This document shows, in pieces, positions 40,838 through 50,444 of a stretch of DNA of 64,000 nt. Numbering within the stretch: the stretch's first letter is position 1; the number at the start of each line of letters is the position of its first letter. Location of the stretch: assembly GCA_963666215.2 (NCBI GenBank), contig CAXWPL010000004.1:352001-416000 (forward strand). The letters are read 5' to 3'. Position numbers and translations under genes: made by a program. The notes beneath the pieces were generated by a model, which was not told the origin of the DNA, made no database searches, and worked only from the letters and a program-made list of their open reading frames with translations. Origin of the DNA: Acidobacteriota bacterium. Lineage in GTDB: Bacteria > Acidobacteriota > UBA890 > WLXD01.

Positions 40838-42289
40838 TCAGAGGTGGAAACGCTGCTCATGCTCCGCGGAAACCCGCAGCGGCTTCTTGTCTATCGGAAG
40901 TCGACGTTCAGCGCTCGCGAGGACTTCAGATGTGTACTCGCCGCCGGGAGACGGCATATAGAAGAAGTACTCCAGAACGAAGTGGTGATACGGCGCCAGC
41001 GGGATGTCCTTCGACCAGTCGGGGCCTAACGAGCCAATCCTGGGGCCGAAGTAGGTCTCATCGGAGCGCGCGCGTGCGCCCTTCAACTGGCCGTGGGCGT
41101 CGATCGTCAGGTGGGTCTGGCGCGGCTCGAAGCCAGCCGAGTACGCCGGGAAGTCGTTCTTGGGCTGCATCATGTGGAGCTGATTGTCCCTGAGAATGAT
41201 CCCGGCCTCGGCAAACTTCTCTTCGTAGCTCTGAATGATCTCCCCCGCCGTGAGTCCGGCTCGGATCGTCTCTGCCAGGATCTTGTCGACCTTCAGGTAC
41301 TCGGCCCAGAGCTTCTTGATCTCGGCGGGCGGTTCCGTTTCGCCGTCGCGGAGCACGTACGCGTACATCCCCAGGTGTGGCACGGCAACGATGTCACCGC
41401 CCTCGAGGACAGCGTTTTCCCAGCCCGCGCTGCGTCCCCTCTGCGAGAGCCCGGTGCTCATGCGGCGGAAGACGGTGCCTTCCCAATTCTCCCGAGCCTT
41501 GGTTACGCCTGGGACCATCGCCGCGAACACCTTCTCCATGGCCGCGATCTCGTCGGCGCGCATCCTCTTCAGTAGCTCGACCTCTCTCGGGACCTTGTAG
41601 CGCGTGTAGTCCATGATCACGTACTCCGACGACACCAGCCGGCCGGCGTATTTCGGGCCGAGCTCCTCGCTCAGCAGGAGATAGTCGGTGTGCGAGATGC
41701 CGTCGGGGTCGCCTCTGTAGGTCACCCAGGGGCCGAGATTGCGTATGTAGTTGACGGCGATGCGCTGCGGATCGCGCGCCTCGACGAACTGTCGTAGGCC
41801 CTTGAAGCGGTAGTCGTATTCCGTCATCGGACCACCCACCGGCTCCTGCACACGAACCGGGTCGCCGATGATGTCGTAGGCGCCGCTCTCCTCGACGAGC
41901 CGGTAGTTCGAGCCTTCCCTCTCGCGCTGAGTGTCGCCCCAGCGACGCCCGAGAATCGCCCGCTCGATTCGGTCGCCTCCCCTATCGGTGAAGACGAACA
42001 CGCCGGAGGTGCTGCCCAGCTCCTGGGCGCCGAACGGATCGCGTATCGCATCTCGCATCTCGTGGATCCACATGTCGACTCCGCGCTCCCGCATCACCTG
42101 CGGCAGCACGATGTCGAACTTGTCGCGGCGGATCTGGTTGTTCTCCTCGGCGAACATCGAGGGGTTCGGGTGTTCTCCTTGCGCGTCGGCCGGGATGGGT
42201 AAGCCAGCAAGACACGCCAGCACGACCGCGCAGAGTAAGCCCCACCAAACCCTGTGGAAGCGGGAAGAACCGGAGCGAGCCTCGTTCAT
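40838..42289 (-). CDS. Secreted M24 (Xaa-Pro peptidase)-like protein, C-terminus probably truncated and fused to foreign sequence
   Basis: AGGAGG RBS, signal peptide, LPQVMRERGVDMWI, RDPQRIAVN, DGISHT, AYVLRDGETEPP; tail after YMPSPGG no longer resembles the paralog at 58936. Confidence 0.7.
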   Translation of the reverse strand: MNEARSGSSRFHRVWWGLLCAVVLACLAGLPIPADAQGEHPNPSMFAEENNQIRRDKFDIVLPQVMRERGVDMWIHEMRDAIRDPFGAQELGSTSGVFVFTDRGGDRIERAILGRRWGDTQREREGSNYRLVEESGAYDIIGDPVRVQEPVGGPMTEYDYRFKGLRQFVEARDPQRIAVNYIRNLGPWVTYRGDPDGISHTDYLLLSEELGPKYAGRLVSSEYVIMDYTRYKVPREVELLKRMRADEIAAMEKVFAAMVPGVTKARENWEGTVFRRMSTGLSQRGRSAGWENAVLEGGDIVAVPHLGMYAYVLRDGETEPPAEIKKLWAEYLKVDKILAETIRAGLTAGEIIQSYEEKFAEAGIILRDNQLHMMQPKNDFPAYSAGFEPRQTHLTIDAHGQLKGARARSDETYFGPRIGSLGPDWSKDIPLAPYHHFVLEYFFYMPSPGGEYTSEVLASAERRLPIDKKPLRVSAEHEQRFHL

Positions 42290-42370
42290 GCTGACCTCCT
42301 GCTTGCGGAATCGACCCGGCAATCGTACGCGCGGATTCTCGAGAACGACAATCGCGGCTCCTGGTGACCG

Positions 42371-42841
42371 CTAGCGGCGCGTTCGCGACGACCAGTGGAT
42401 GGCCTTGATCTTCCAGGTGCCGTGCTCGCGCGCGAGCACCACGAGCTCGGCGCCCTGCGAGTTGATCTCGCGGTCGCCCATTTGGCCTTCGGTAACGCTG
42501 GTCGAGTGCGCCCACGCCACATCGCCCAACACGCTGACCTCAATCTCGCCACGCTCGCGGGGCACCGCCTGGGCAAAGCGCATGTCGCCAGCGAGGTGAC
42601 CCGACGCGTAGTGCTCCTTGTTCTCCACTCCGCCACTCTCGAGGATGGTCACGTCGTCGGCAAGATGGGCAAGAGCACCTTCAGCATCGCCTGCCGCGAG
42701 GGCGCCGTGGTAGGCATCGATCACCGCCACGACCTGTTCCTCACCACTCTGGTGGGTCTGCTGAGCGTCGGCACCTGCAGCCAGAAGGGTGATCAATACC
42801 CCACTCACCAGGGTCAGCGTTCGCTTGTATTTCGTTTTCAT
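42371..42841 (-). CDS. Secreted NTF2-like (DUF4440/SnoaL) protein
   Basis: Signal peptide, YHGALAAGD, ILESGG, WKIKAIHWSS. Confidence 0.82.
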   Translation of the reverse strand: MKTKYKRTLTLVSGVLITLLAAGADAQQTHQSGEEQVVAVIDAYHGALAAGDAEGALAHLADDVTILESGGVENKEHYASGHLAGDMRFAQAVPRERGEIEVSVLGDVAWAHSTSVTEGQMGDREINSQGAELVVLAREHGTWKIKAIHWSSRTRR

Positions 42842-42877
42842 GGACTCTCCTGCCAATGGACGACGTCGCTTGGTTCC

Positions 42878-43468
42878 CTAGTCTCCTGATGTCGGAGAGT
42901 CGTCAACCGGTGCTGCGGCTGGCTGTTCGTCCGCAGCGTCGACGGCGATGGACTCTTCTTGGGCCTCTTCCTTCGCGCGCGTTCTCGATGCAGCCGCCGA
43001 GCTCCTGAGAATCATGTCGAGGCACCCGGCAACCGTCACACCCAGAAGGAAGATGTGGAGGTTTTGCAGAGAGCCCTCGATGGTGGCGTGGAGGATAAAA
43101 GCAGCTACGCCCGACAGGAAGAGTGTGTAAATCGCCGCGCCGATCTCGACCTCCGCCCGAGCGAGCAAGCGACCGAGCTCGAGAATCAGAACGCCGACGA
43201 GCGCGCCCAGTAACAGCCTTATCGTCGGACTGAGGTCGGCGAACAACTGCTGGACGTCCGCGATGCCGATGTCTCCTGGTGCCAGAGCGAACACCAGGAG
43301 GAGAATCGGGAGCACCGCCGCGGCCGCTCGTCGAGCCCTCGCGTTCCCTCGTCCGCGCCATACCAAAACCACAACACGAACCGCGAGGTACAGAAAAACG
43401 CCAACGACTACAGCAGGATAAAAGAAAGCGACAAAAACTGCCCTGAGCTCGTTAGCTATCGTTTCCAC
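42878..43468 (-). CDS. Hypothetical membrane protein (about 5 TM)
   Basis: Hydrophobic ORF with an acidic tail and a GGGAG RBS. Confidence 0.6.
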   Translation of the reverse strand: METIANELRAVFVAFFYPAVVVGVFLYLAVRVVVLVWRGRGNARARRAAAAVLPILLLVFALAPGDIGIADVQQLFADLSPTIRLLLGALVGVLILELGRLLARAEVEIGAAIYTLFLSGVAAFILHATIEGSLQNLHIFLLGVTVAGCLDMILRSSAAASRTRAKEEAQEESIAVDAADEQPAAAPVDDSPTSGD

Positions 43469-43658
43469 CGATCATCTCCCGTCCATGTAGGCGACCGACG
43501 CAGCAGCTTCACTGCCAGACTACTCGGCTCGCATGAGACCCGCCACAGGCCGACCCACCGAACGTCAGCCCAAGCGTCTCTGGACGAGACTCTCTATTGA
43601 CGATAAGAGGACTCGCATAGCAGACTAACGCGAGTCGAACGTTCGATCACCTTGCGCC

Positions 43659-44075
43659 CCGTTCAAAATGGTGCCGCTCGAGGGCAGTCTCGCCGACCCG
43701 GAGGTCTACGCGGCCCGGCCCCGGACCTGTGATCTCGGCTACCTGCGTACCGCGTACCGCATGGCCGACGGCGGCGTTGGCTTTCGCTGCCCGGGCGAGC
43801 CGGTGGACGACTACGTTCGCAAGGACGGCGACGCGGCAGACACCCTGGGTCGGCAGTGCCTGTGCAACGGGCTGGTGACGAACATCGGATTGGGCCAGAT
43901 CCGCCAAGACGGCTATCGAGAGCCACCCATCCTCACTTCCGGCGTTGATCTGTCGGTGCTGCTGCCCTATCTGGGCCGCTATCGAACCGACTACAGCGCC
44001 GCCGACGTTGTGCGCCGTCTATGCAACGGCCTGACTCGCGCCGGCGATCGGCCGTCACGGACGCGAACCGCGTGA
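43659..44075 (+). pseudogene. Nitronate monooxygenase-like 3' fragment
   Basis: PFKMV..EGSL, RTCDLGYLR, RCPGEP, CLCNGL, TSG; the N-terminal two thirds are absent. Confidence 0.72.
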
Positions 44076-44144
44076 GATAGCGAGTGCATCTTGCGAAGAA
44101 CATCCTCCGAATCCCGGTCGCCTGTTGATCTCCGAAGTGAGTCC

Positions 44145-44822
44145 TTAGGCCGAGTAGCGCAGCACCGCGATGAAGTGACAGGTCGTGCCTGCGAGCACGA
44201 ACAGGTGCCAGACGAAGTGGCTGTATCGAACACGCTCGGCCGCGAAGAACGCCACTCCAACGGTGTAGGCGATGCCTCCCGACGCGAGCCAGAAAAGCCC
44301 GGCCGCAGGCATGAGCGTCCAGAGAGGCTTGATCGCGATGAGAGCGACCCAGCCCATGGCTAGATAAAGGGCCGTCGAGAGCTTTTGGTATTGGGCACCG
44401 TAGGTCGCCTTCAGGGCAACACCCAGGAATGCGATGCCCCAAACCAACCCGAGTAGGCTCCAGCCCCACGCGCCGCGGAGAACGCCGAGTGTGAATGGCG
44501 TGTACGTGCCGGCGATCATGAGGAAGATCGCGCCGTGGTCGAGCACATGAAACACACGCTTGGCGCGGTTCCGGGGAAGCGCGTGATAGAGCACGGACGC
44601 CGCGTACAGCAGCACGACCGTGGCGGCGAAGACGCTGGCGCCAACGATGCCCGGCGCCCCGCCCCGCCGCACGGCAGCAACGATGAGAACCGGGGCGGCA
44701 ACCAACGCCGCGAGCAGGCCCACGCCGTGGCTGACGCTGTTGGCGATCTCCTCGCCCAGCGATTGCACACGCTTCGTCGATGCCGCCGTCCGCAACACAG
44801 ATCTACGCTCCCGGCGCGGCAC
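44145..44822 (-). CDS. Hemolysin III / PAQR family membrane protein
   Basis: EEIANSVSHG, SVLYH, DHGAIFLMIAGTYTP, HFVWHLFV. Confidence 0.93.
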   Translation of the reverse strand: MPRRERRSVLRTAASTKRVQSLGEEIANSVSHGVGLLAALVAAPVLIVAAVRRGGAPGIVGASVFAATVVLLYAASVLYHALPRNRAKRVFHVLDHGAIFLMIAGTYTPFTLGVLRGAWGWSLLGLVWGIAFLGVALKATYGAQYQKLSTALYLAMGWVALIAIKPLWTLMPAAGLFWLASGGIAYTVGVAFFAAERVRYSHFVWHLFVLAGTTCHFIAVLRYSA

Positions 44823-44843
44823 TCGTGTTCCACGCCAACGCGC

Positions 44844-45005
44844 TCACGATAGAAGGCGTTTGACCCCTTGCTGAGCGAGGTAAAGCCCGACGCCGCTGCC
44901 GATGGCGCTGACCATAAACGCGGTAAAGAAAGACACCTGCGCGCCGATGGCCCAGCCAACCCATCCGCCCACCGACATCCCGACGAGATTGAGGAAACCC
45001 TTCAT
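44844..45005 (-). CDS. Small glycine-rich two-TM protein (53 aa)
   Basis: MKGFLNLVGMSVGGWVGWAIG...GSGVGLYL. Confidence 0.6.
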   Translation of the reverse strand: MKGFLNLVGMSVGGWVGWAIGAQVSFFTAFMVSAIGSGVGLYLAQQGVKRLLS

Positions 45006-45066
45006 GGAGTATGCCCTCGGCAATGAGGCGTCTGTGGTCGCTGAGTAGCAGCCTAGCTCAACTGAG

Positions 45067-46164
45067 TCATAGATCGACTCCGAAACGACGCAAGCGGAGG
45101 GACGCGAAGGCCTGCCGTAGAACATGGATCGCTCGCGCCGCCGGGACCGGACCGAATCGCTTGATGAGCGACTGGATATCGAGGCCGTCGAGTAGCTCCA
45201 TGACGTAGTAGAAGGTCCCGTCCTGCGAGACCCCGAAGTCGAAGAGATCGATCGTGTGCGGCGAGCACAGCGACGCGGTTGCCTGAGCCTCGCGCTCGAA
45301 GCGTCGTCGGATTGTCGTCTGATCTGCGACGCTGGTCTCGCCCAGGGCCTCGGGGCGGATGAGCTTGATGGCCGCGGGCCGAGCGAGCATCCGGTGTTTT
45401 GCGCGCCAGACTTCGCCCATGCCACCGCGACCCAGGATGTCGATCAGGCGATAGCTTCCCAACTCCCGGGCGCGGCTCACCGCGGTGCCGAGGCGGTACA
45501 CAACACGAGCGCCGACGTGCGCCATCCCCACGCAAACGAGATACGGGAGAACAAGGACGAAGAAGAATTGGCCGGGCCCCACCGGGATCGTGGTGCCGGC
45601 GTATCTCATCGACAATCCGACGATGATGGCGGGCGCGAATGCCGATACGAACAACGAGAGCAGCGTCTTTGCCGGCCGGTTGGGGATGATGACCGAATAC
45701 GACAGCATCCAGACCGCCACCCACGACAGCCCAAACCAGTCGCTGTCTCGGTACGGCGCCTCCGAATAAGCGCCCCAGAACTCGGCCGTCGCAATGCCGA
45801 AGCTGCTCAGGGCCCCGAACGCGAGGCCGACATCCATGAGCTTCGACGGCGCCAGCCTCTGGCTCCTCGCGAGCGCATACACCAGCAGAGACACCAGCAT
45901 GGTCGCGGCGCCCGGTAGCCAGTTCGCGGGGCTCTGGAACCACTCGTCGAGACCGACAAGGGCATCGAGAATATGACTGAGGTAATTGGCCAGGAAGAAC
46001 GCCGAAGCGAGCAGGAGCGCGACGACCTGGAGACGCTTCGAGGCCTCCAGAAGAAGATCCGGAGGCAACTCTCGAGCCCGTGAGACCTGGGCTGCGCTCC
46101 GCGACGTCCCGGCCACCTTCGCGGGGGCGAGAAAAGTGTGCTGCGGGTCTTCGCCTACACTCAA
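45067..46164 (-). pseudogene. Membrane-anchored Ser/Thr kinase truncated before the catalytic loop
   Basis: N-terminal TMs, LGRGGMGEVW, AAIKLI, RFEREA, YYVMELLDG; no HRD or DFG. Confidence 0.82.
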
Positions 46165-46277
46165 TTCGGGATCACCGAACCCATCTCCTCCGCGGGGAGG
46201 AGCGTTGACACCATCGGGCGGGGAAACGTCAATCTAACCGCCCCACCTCTCGAAACGAAGCAACGGGAGTTTTCTTC

Positions 46278-47852
46278 ATGCCAAGCACCACGCCGCGAGC
46301 GACCACTATGCCCACAACGCTGCGCAAGACGACGCTAACGATGCTCGTCCTACTCGCCGCCGCTCTGCTGTCGGCAGCGCCGACACCGGCGATCACGCTC
46401 GCCCAGGAGGCTACCGATGGGCGCGAGCAGATGGCGCCCGAGCGGACCTTCCCGGTCGACACGCACGTCACCGGCGAGCACCAGCTCACAGTCAAGGGCG
46501 TGACCTTCCCCTACTCCGCTGAGGTCGGCATGCAACCGGTGTGGGACAACGACGGCAAGGTGATCGCCTCGCTGTTCTACACCTACTACAAGCGCACCGA
46601 CATCAGCGACGCCGGCCAGCGCCCGCTCGCCATCTCCTTCAATGGCGGGCCGGGCTCGGCGTCGGTGTGGATGCACATCGGCTATACGGGACCACGAAAG
46701 CTGCTCATCGATCCCGAGGGATTTCCGATTCAGCCCTACGGCGTGGTGGAGAACCCCGACACGATCCTCGATGTGACCGACATCGTCTATGTGAATCCGG
46801 TGAACGTGGCGTTCTCGCGCATCGTGGGCGACGCTGACCGGGCGCAGTTCTTCGGTGTTAACGAGGACATCAGTTATCTGTCGGACTGGCTAGGTACCTT
46901 CGTCAGCCGTCACGACCGCTGGCGCTCGCCGAAGTTCCTGATTGGCGAGAGCTACGGCACGACGCGGGTGTCGGGCCTGGCGCGTGAGCTGCAGAACAGC
47001 GAGTGGATGTACCTCAACGGCGTCATCCTGGTGTCGCCCACGGGGCTCGGCGTTGGCCGCGACGGCCCGGTGGGCGCGGCGATCGCGCTGCCCAACTACA
47101 CGGCCACAGCCTGGTTCCACGAGCGGCTCGACCCCGAGCTGCAAAGCCAGGACCTCGAAACGATCCTGTCGGAGGTCGAAGAGTTCGTTTTCGACGAGTA
47201 CTTGCCTGCCCTGGCGCGAGGCGGCTCGCTGCCGCCCGACAAGCGCCAGGAGATTGCACACGAGGTGGCGCTGTGGTCGGGCACCACGCCGGAGTGGGTG
47301 ATGAACCACAACCTGGCGCCACAGGTGGGCGAGTTCCGCAAGGAACTGCTGCGCGACCAGGGCCTCACCGTTGGCCGGCTCGATGCACGCTACCGCGGGC
47401 GCGACCGCGAGAACGCCGGCGAGTCGTACAACTACGACCCGGCCATGGCGGCCTGGAACCAGGCCTTCTCGCCTGCGATCAACGCCTACTTGCGCGAGGA
47501 GCTCGGCTGGAAAACCGACCTGCAATACTGGCTCTTCGGCCCCGTTCGCCCGTGGAATCGCGATGGCGACCAGACCGGAGAGGCCCTGCGTCAGGCCATG
47601 GCCGAGAACCCGTTCCTGCACTTGATGGTGCAGTCGGGCTACTACGACGGCGGCACCACCTACTTCGCCGCTAAGTACACGATGTGGAACCTCGACCCCG
47701 CCGGCGATGTGCTGGATCGCGCCTGGTGGAAGGGCTACCGCAGCGGCCACATGATGTATCTACGCGCCGAGGATCTGGTGACCTCGAACCAGGACATCCG
47801 CGACTTTATCGCCTGGTCAATGGACGCGGCGAGCGGGTCCGCCAGGCACTAG
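46278..47852 (+). CDS. Secreted peptidase S10 (serine carboxypeptidase)
   Basis: FNGGPGSAS, GESYG, GYYD, SGHMMY. Confidence 0.92.
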   Translation: MPSTTPRATTMPTTLRKTTLTMLVLLAAALLSAAPTPAITLAQEATDGREQMAPERTFPVDTHVTGEHQLTVKGVTFPYSAEVGMQPVWDNDGKVIASLFYTYYKRTDISDAGQRPLAISFNGGPGSASVWMHIGYTGPRKLLIDPEGFPIQPYGVVENPDTILDVTDIVYVNPVNVAFSRIVGDADRAQFFGVNEDISYLSDWLGTFVSRHDRWRSPKFLIGESYGTTRVSGLARELQNSEWMYLNGVILVSPTGLGVGRDGPVGAAIALPNYTATAWFHERLDPELQSQDLETILSEVEEFVFDEYLPALARGGSLPPDKRQEIAHEVALWSGTTPEWVMNHNLAPQVGEFRKELLRDQGLTVGRLDARYRGRDRENAGESYNYDPAMAAWNQAFSPAINAYLREELGWKTDLQYWLFGPVRPWNRDGDQTGEALRQAMAENPFLHLMVQSGYYDGGTTYFAAKYTMWNLDPAGDVLDRAWWKGYRSGHMMYLRAEDLVTSNQDIRDFIAWSMDAASGSARH

Positions 47853-47863
47853 CGCACAGCGTC

Positions 47864-49588
47864 CTACTTCGGCGCGCGAAACACATCCTTGGCAATCTCA
47901 CCGCCAATCGTGGTGTTGCGACGGATGACGTCGGAAAGCCTCGTGCGATCGATCTTCCTGAGCAAGTTGCCGGAGAAGCGGCGCTTGTAGAAGTTGGGGT
48001 CGCCGTCGCGGATGCGGCGGAACTGGTCGGCCATGATGGCAAGGAATGTCGGGCCGACCATGGCACCACGAACGTTGGACTCGGAGAGCCCGGCGGTCCA
48101 CAGGTCGACATCGTCGATATTGTGGTGCAACCGCTCGAGGCGCTTCTGGATTCTCTTCTCGCCGCCGAGCTGCGAGAACTTCGTCAGGCGGGCGAGGCCG
48201 TAGGCCGCGCGCACGCTGTTGTAGTCGGCGAGGCCGTGATCGCGGCCGCGCTGGATGTTGAGCGAAGCAAGGTCGAAGCCGCCCGAGCCTGGCGGGCCGA
48301 AGAGGAAGTTGCGCAGCGCGTCGACAATCATCGTGTCGATTCGCCAGGCCCGCTGGACGGCGACGCCGCGCAGGTAGGGCTCAATGCCGATGGCTGGAGT
48401 GAGCTCGTGCGGAGCGAAGAAGGCCCTGGCGAGCGGCAAGGGTCCGCCACCGGTCGGCTTGAGCGAACTGTCCAGGCGCTGCAGCCCAGGTGACACCATG
48501 CTGTGCCCGAAGCGGTAGGCGCCGGTGGAGAACTCCTGGCAAACGCCGGGGTCGACGCCGGATTTCCAGCCGCTGTACGCGGGGATCGCATTCTTGCCGA
48601 GGAGGCGCGGTAGGAACTCGTTGTAGGTGATTGCCTGCATCATGCCGACGACGAAGCCGCGGGCACGCGCGAAGACCTGGTCGTCGCTGAGCTTGGGCGA
48701 GGCGCCGTGAATCTGGCGTGCCAGGCGGTTGTGCTCACGCATCCAGAGGGTGTGCATGGAGGTGAGGGCGACGTTCTCGTTGGCGCGAATGTCACCGGCG
48801 ACGTAGAGCTTGCTGGAGGGTCCGCCGGCGTTGTCGAGACCACGCTCGTTGAACGGCAGGAGGTTGCCCTGGCTGGTGAGCAACTCGCCGCTGCCGTCGC
48901 GTTTGCGCAGTGCCTTCTCGCGGTCCGGGTCGGAGCCGTAGACGTTCGAGGCGTCGAGAAAGGCGGTGATCGAGTTGATCTGCGCGCGAGGATCGTTGGG
49001 TGAGTGGCCGCTGCCGTGGTCGTACGCCGAACGGTAGAGTTGAATGACCTGCTTGCCGGTACCGTCCGGGTCGAAGAAACGATCGCCCTTCGGAACCTTG
49101 ATGTCGAACGCGTCGAGAGGCTCGTCGGCGATCGTCAGGTCGATGTCGTGATCGACGAACTGACCCCACAGCCACATCATGTCGCTGGCGCGATTGCGGC
49201 TGAGCCGCTGGCGACCCTGATATGAAACGCGGTTGCTGATCTCACGCGCGCTCGGACGATTGGCCCCGGCAGGCTTACCCATCGAGTCTTCGTAGTCGGC
49301 GCGGGCAATCCGTAGAAGTCGAGATCCTGCCTCGCCGTTGCTCGCCGCCGCCGTGGCACTGGACTCACCACTCGGGATGCTTTCCGAGCCCGAGGCGCCG
49401 GCCAGGTACGCCCGGCCGCTCCGAACAGGTGTGCGCGCCGAGCGCGCGGCGCCGCGTGACTCTTTCTGAGCGGACGAACTGGAGGCCCCGGCGCTCTGGA
49501 ACGAGACGGCGGGGATGAGCAGCAGCGCGGCGAACGCCAGGCGAGAGAGCCTGACGACGGCTCCATGGCTACGGAGGTTGGTGAGCAT
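47864..49588 (-). CDS. Secreted animal-type heme peroxidase (peroxidase-cyclooxygenase superfamily)
   Basis: WGQFVDHD, TAFLDASNVYG, GDIRANE, REHNR, AYRFGHS, NIQRGRDHGL. Confidence 0.93.
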   Translation of the reverse strand: MLTNLRSHGAVVRLSRLAFAALLLIPAVSFQSAGASSSSAQKESRGAARSARTPVRSGRAYLAGASGSESIPSGESSATAAASNGEAGSRLLRIARADYEDSMGKPAGANRPSAREISNRVSYQGRQRLSRNRASDMMWLWGQFVDHDIDLTIADEPLDAFDIKVPKGDRFFDPDGTGKQVIQLYRSAYDHGSGHSPNDPRAQINSITAFLDASNVYGSDPDREKALRKRDGSGELLTSQGNLLPFNERGLDNAGGPSSKLYVAGDIRANENVALTSMHTLWMREHNRLARQIHGASPKLSDDQVFARARGFVVGMMQAITYNEFLPRLLGKNAIPAYSGWKSGVDPGVCQEFSTGAYRFGHSMVSPGLQRLDSSLKPTGGGPLPLARAFFAPHELTPAIGIEPYLRGVAVQRAWRIDTMIVDALRNFLFGPPGSGGFDLASLNIQRGRDHGLADYNSVRAAYGLARLTKFSQLGGEKRIQKRLERLHHNIDDVDLWTAGLSESNVRGAMVGPTFLAIMADQFRRIRDGDPNFYKRRFSGNLLRKIDRTRLSDVIRRNTTIGGEIAKDVFRAPK

Positions 49589-49813
49589 GGCGGCCTCGGT
49601 CTTGTGGTCGTCGGGTGTGAGTTGCGTCACACCAGAAGATACGGGCCGTCGCGCGAGACCCACATGCCACCAATCGAGGTCCCCGGGCAACAGAGGTCGT
49701 TTCTGGCCGCTCGCGGCCGTGTGGACGTCACCCCGAGATCAGCGACCACACCCGCCACGGTGATCCACACGATCGCCGATTTGCTCGAGTCGAGCCATGT
49801 CCAAGTTATTACG

Positions 49814-49842
49814 GCTACAGTAGCAAGACATGCTACAGTCGC
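49814..49842. promoter_or_regulatory. Possible PadR operator pair
   Basis: GCTACAGTAGC and GCTACAGTCGC upstream of padR. Confidence 0.4.
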
Positions 49843-49876
49843 TGGAATCATTCTGCGCGATTCCTCGGAGCCCATT

Positions 49877-50233
49877 TTGGATCGTCCACCCCTGACACCC
49901 GCCGTGTTTCACATCCTCCTGGCGCTTGCCGACGGGCCACGCCATGGGTACGCCGTCATGAAGGCCGCCGCGGAGACCGGAGTGGGTCTGAGCTGGGGTC
50001 CCGGTACGGTCTACGGCTCCCTGCAGCGAATGGAGGACCTGGGGTTGGTGCGCGTTGCCGACTCGGCAGCGATCGACGATTCGGAAACACTCGACGGACG
50101 CGGCCGCCAGCGCCGCTACTTCGTGCTCACCGAAGAGGGCACCGAGGCGCTGCGCACCGAGGCCGGTCGGCTCGAAGAGCTGGCCGCGCTAACTCACAGC
50201 AAGACGGCTCTCGAGAAGGAACCCGCTCGATGA
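49877..50233 (+). CDS. PadR family transcriptional regulator
   Basis: FHILLALADGPRHGY, GPGTVYGSL, RRYFVLTEEG; GGAG-TTG start. Confidence 0.88.
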   Translation: MDRPPLTPAVFHILLALADGPRHGYAVMKAAAETGVGLSWGPGTVYGSLQRMEDLGLVRVADSAAIDDSETLDGRGRQRRYFVLTEEGTEALRTEAGRLEELAALTHSKTALEKEPAR

Positions 50234-50421
50234 ACCAGCGTGGTCGATGGGCGGAAGCCTTCTACAGAGTTGTGGTGAGCGCCTACCCGAGAGCCTTCCG
50301 TGACCGCTTCGGAGAGGAGCTGGCCCTGGCAGCTGGAGCGCTGCTCCTGGTGGTGCTCCTCGCGAGCATGCTGCCGGCCCGCAGAGCGTCGGCGATCGAT
50401 CCGATGGACGCGCTGCGTTAG
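50230..50421 (+). pseudogene. Collapsed ADOP permease mini-ORF (63 aa)
   Basis: N-terminal YPRAFRDRFGEEL fused in frame to C-terminal LLASMLPARRASAIDPMDALR; ATGA-coupled to padR. Confidence 0.8.
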
Positions 50422-50444
50422 GCCAACAGACCAGCCCGCCGGCC

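Noticed and set aside
43610-43650. Hairpin GACTCGC...GCGAGTC as an integron attC site
   Set aside because: No proper R/L boxes, no cassette array and no IntI
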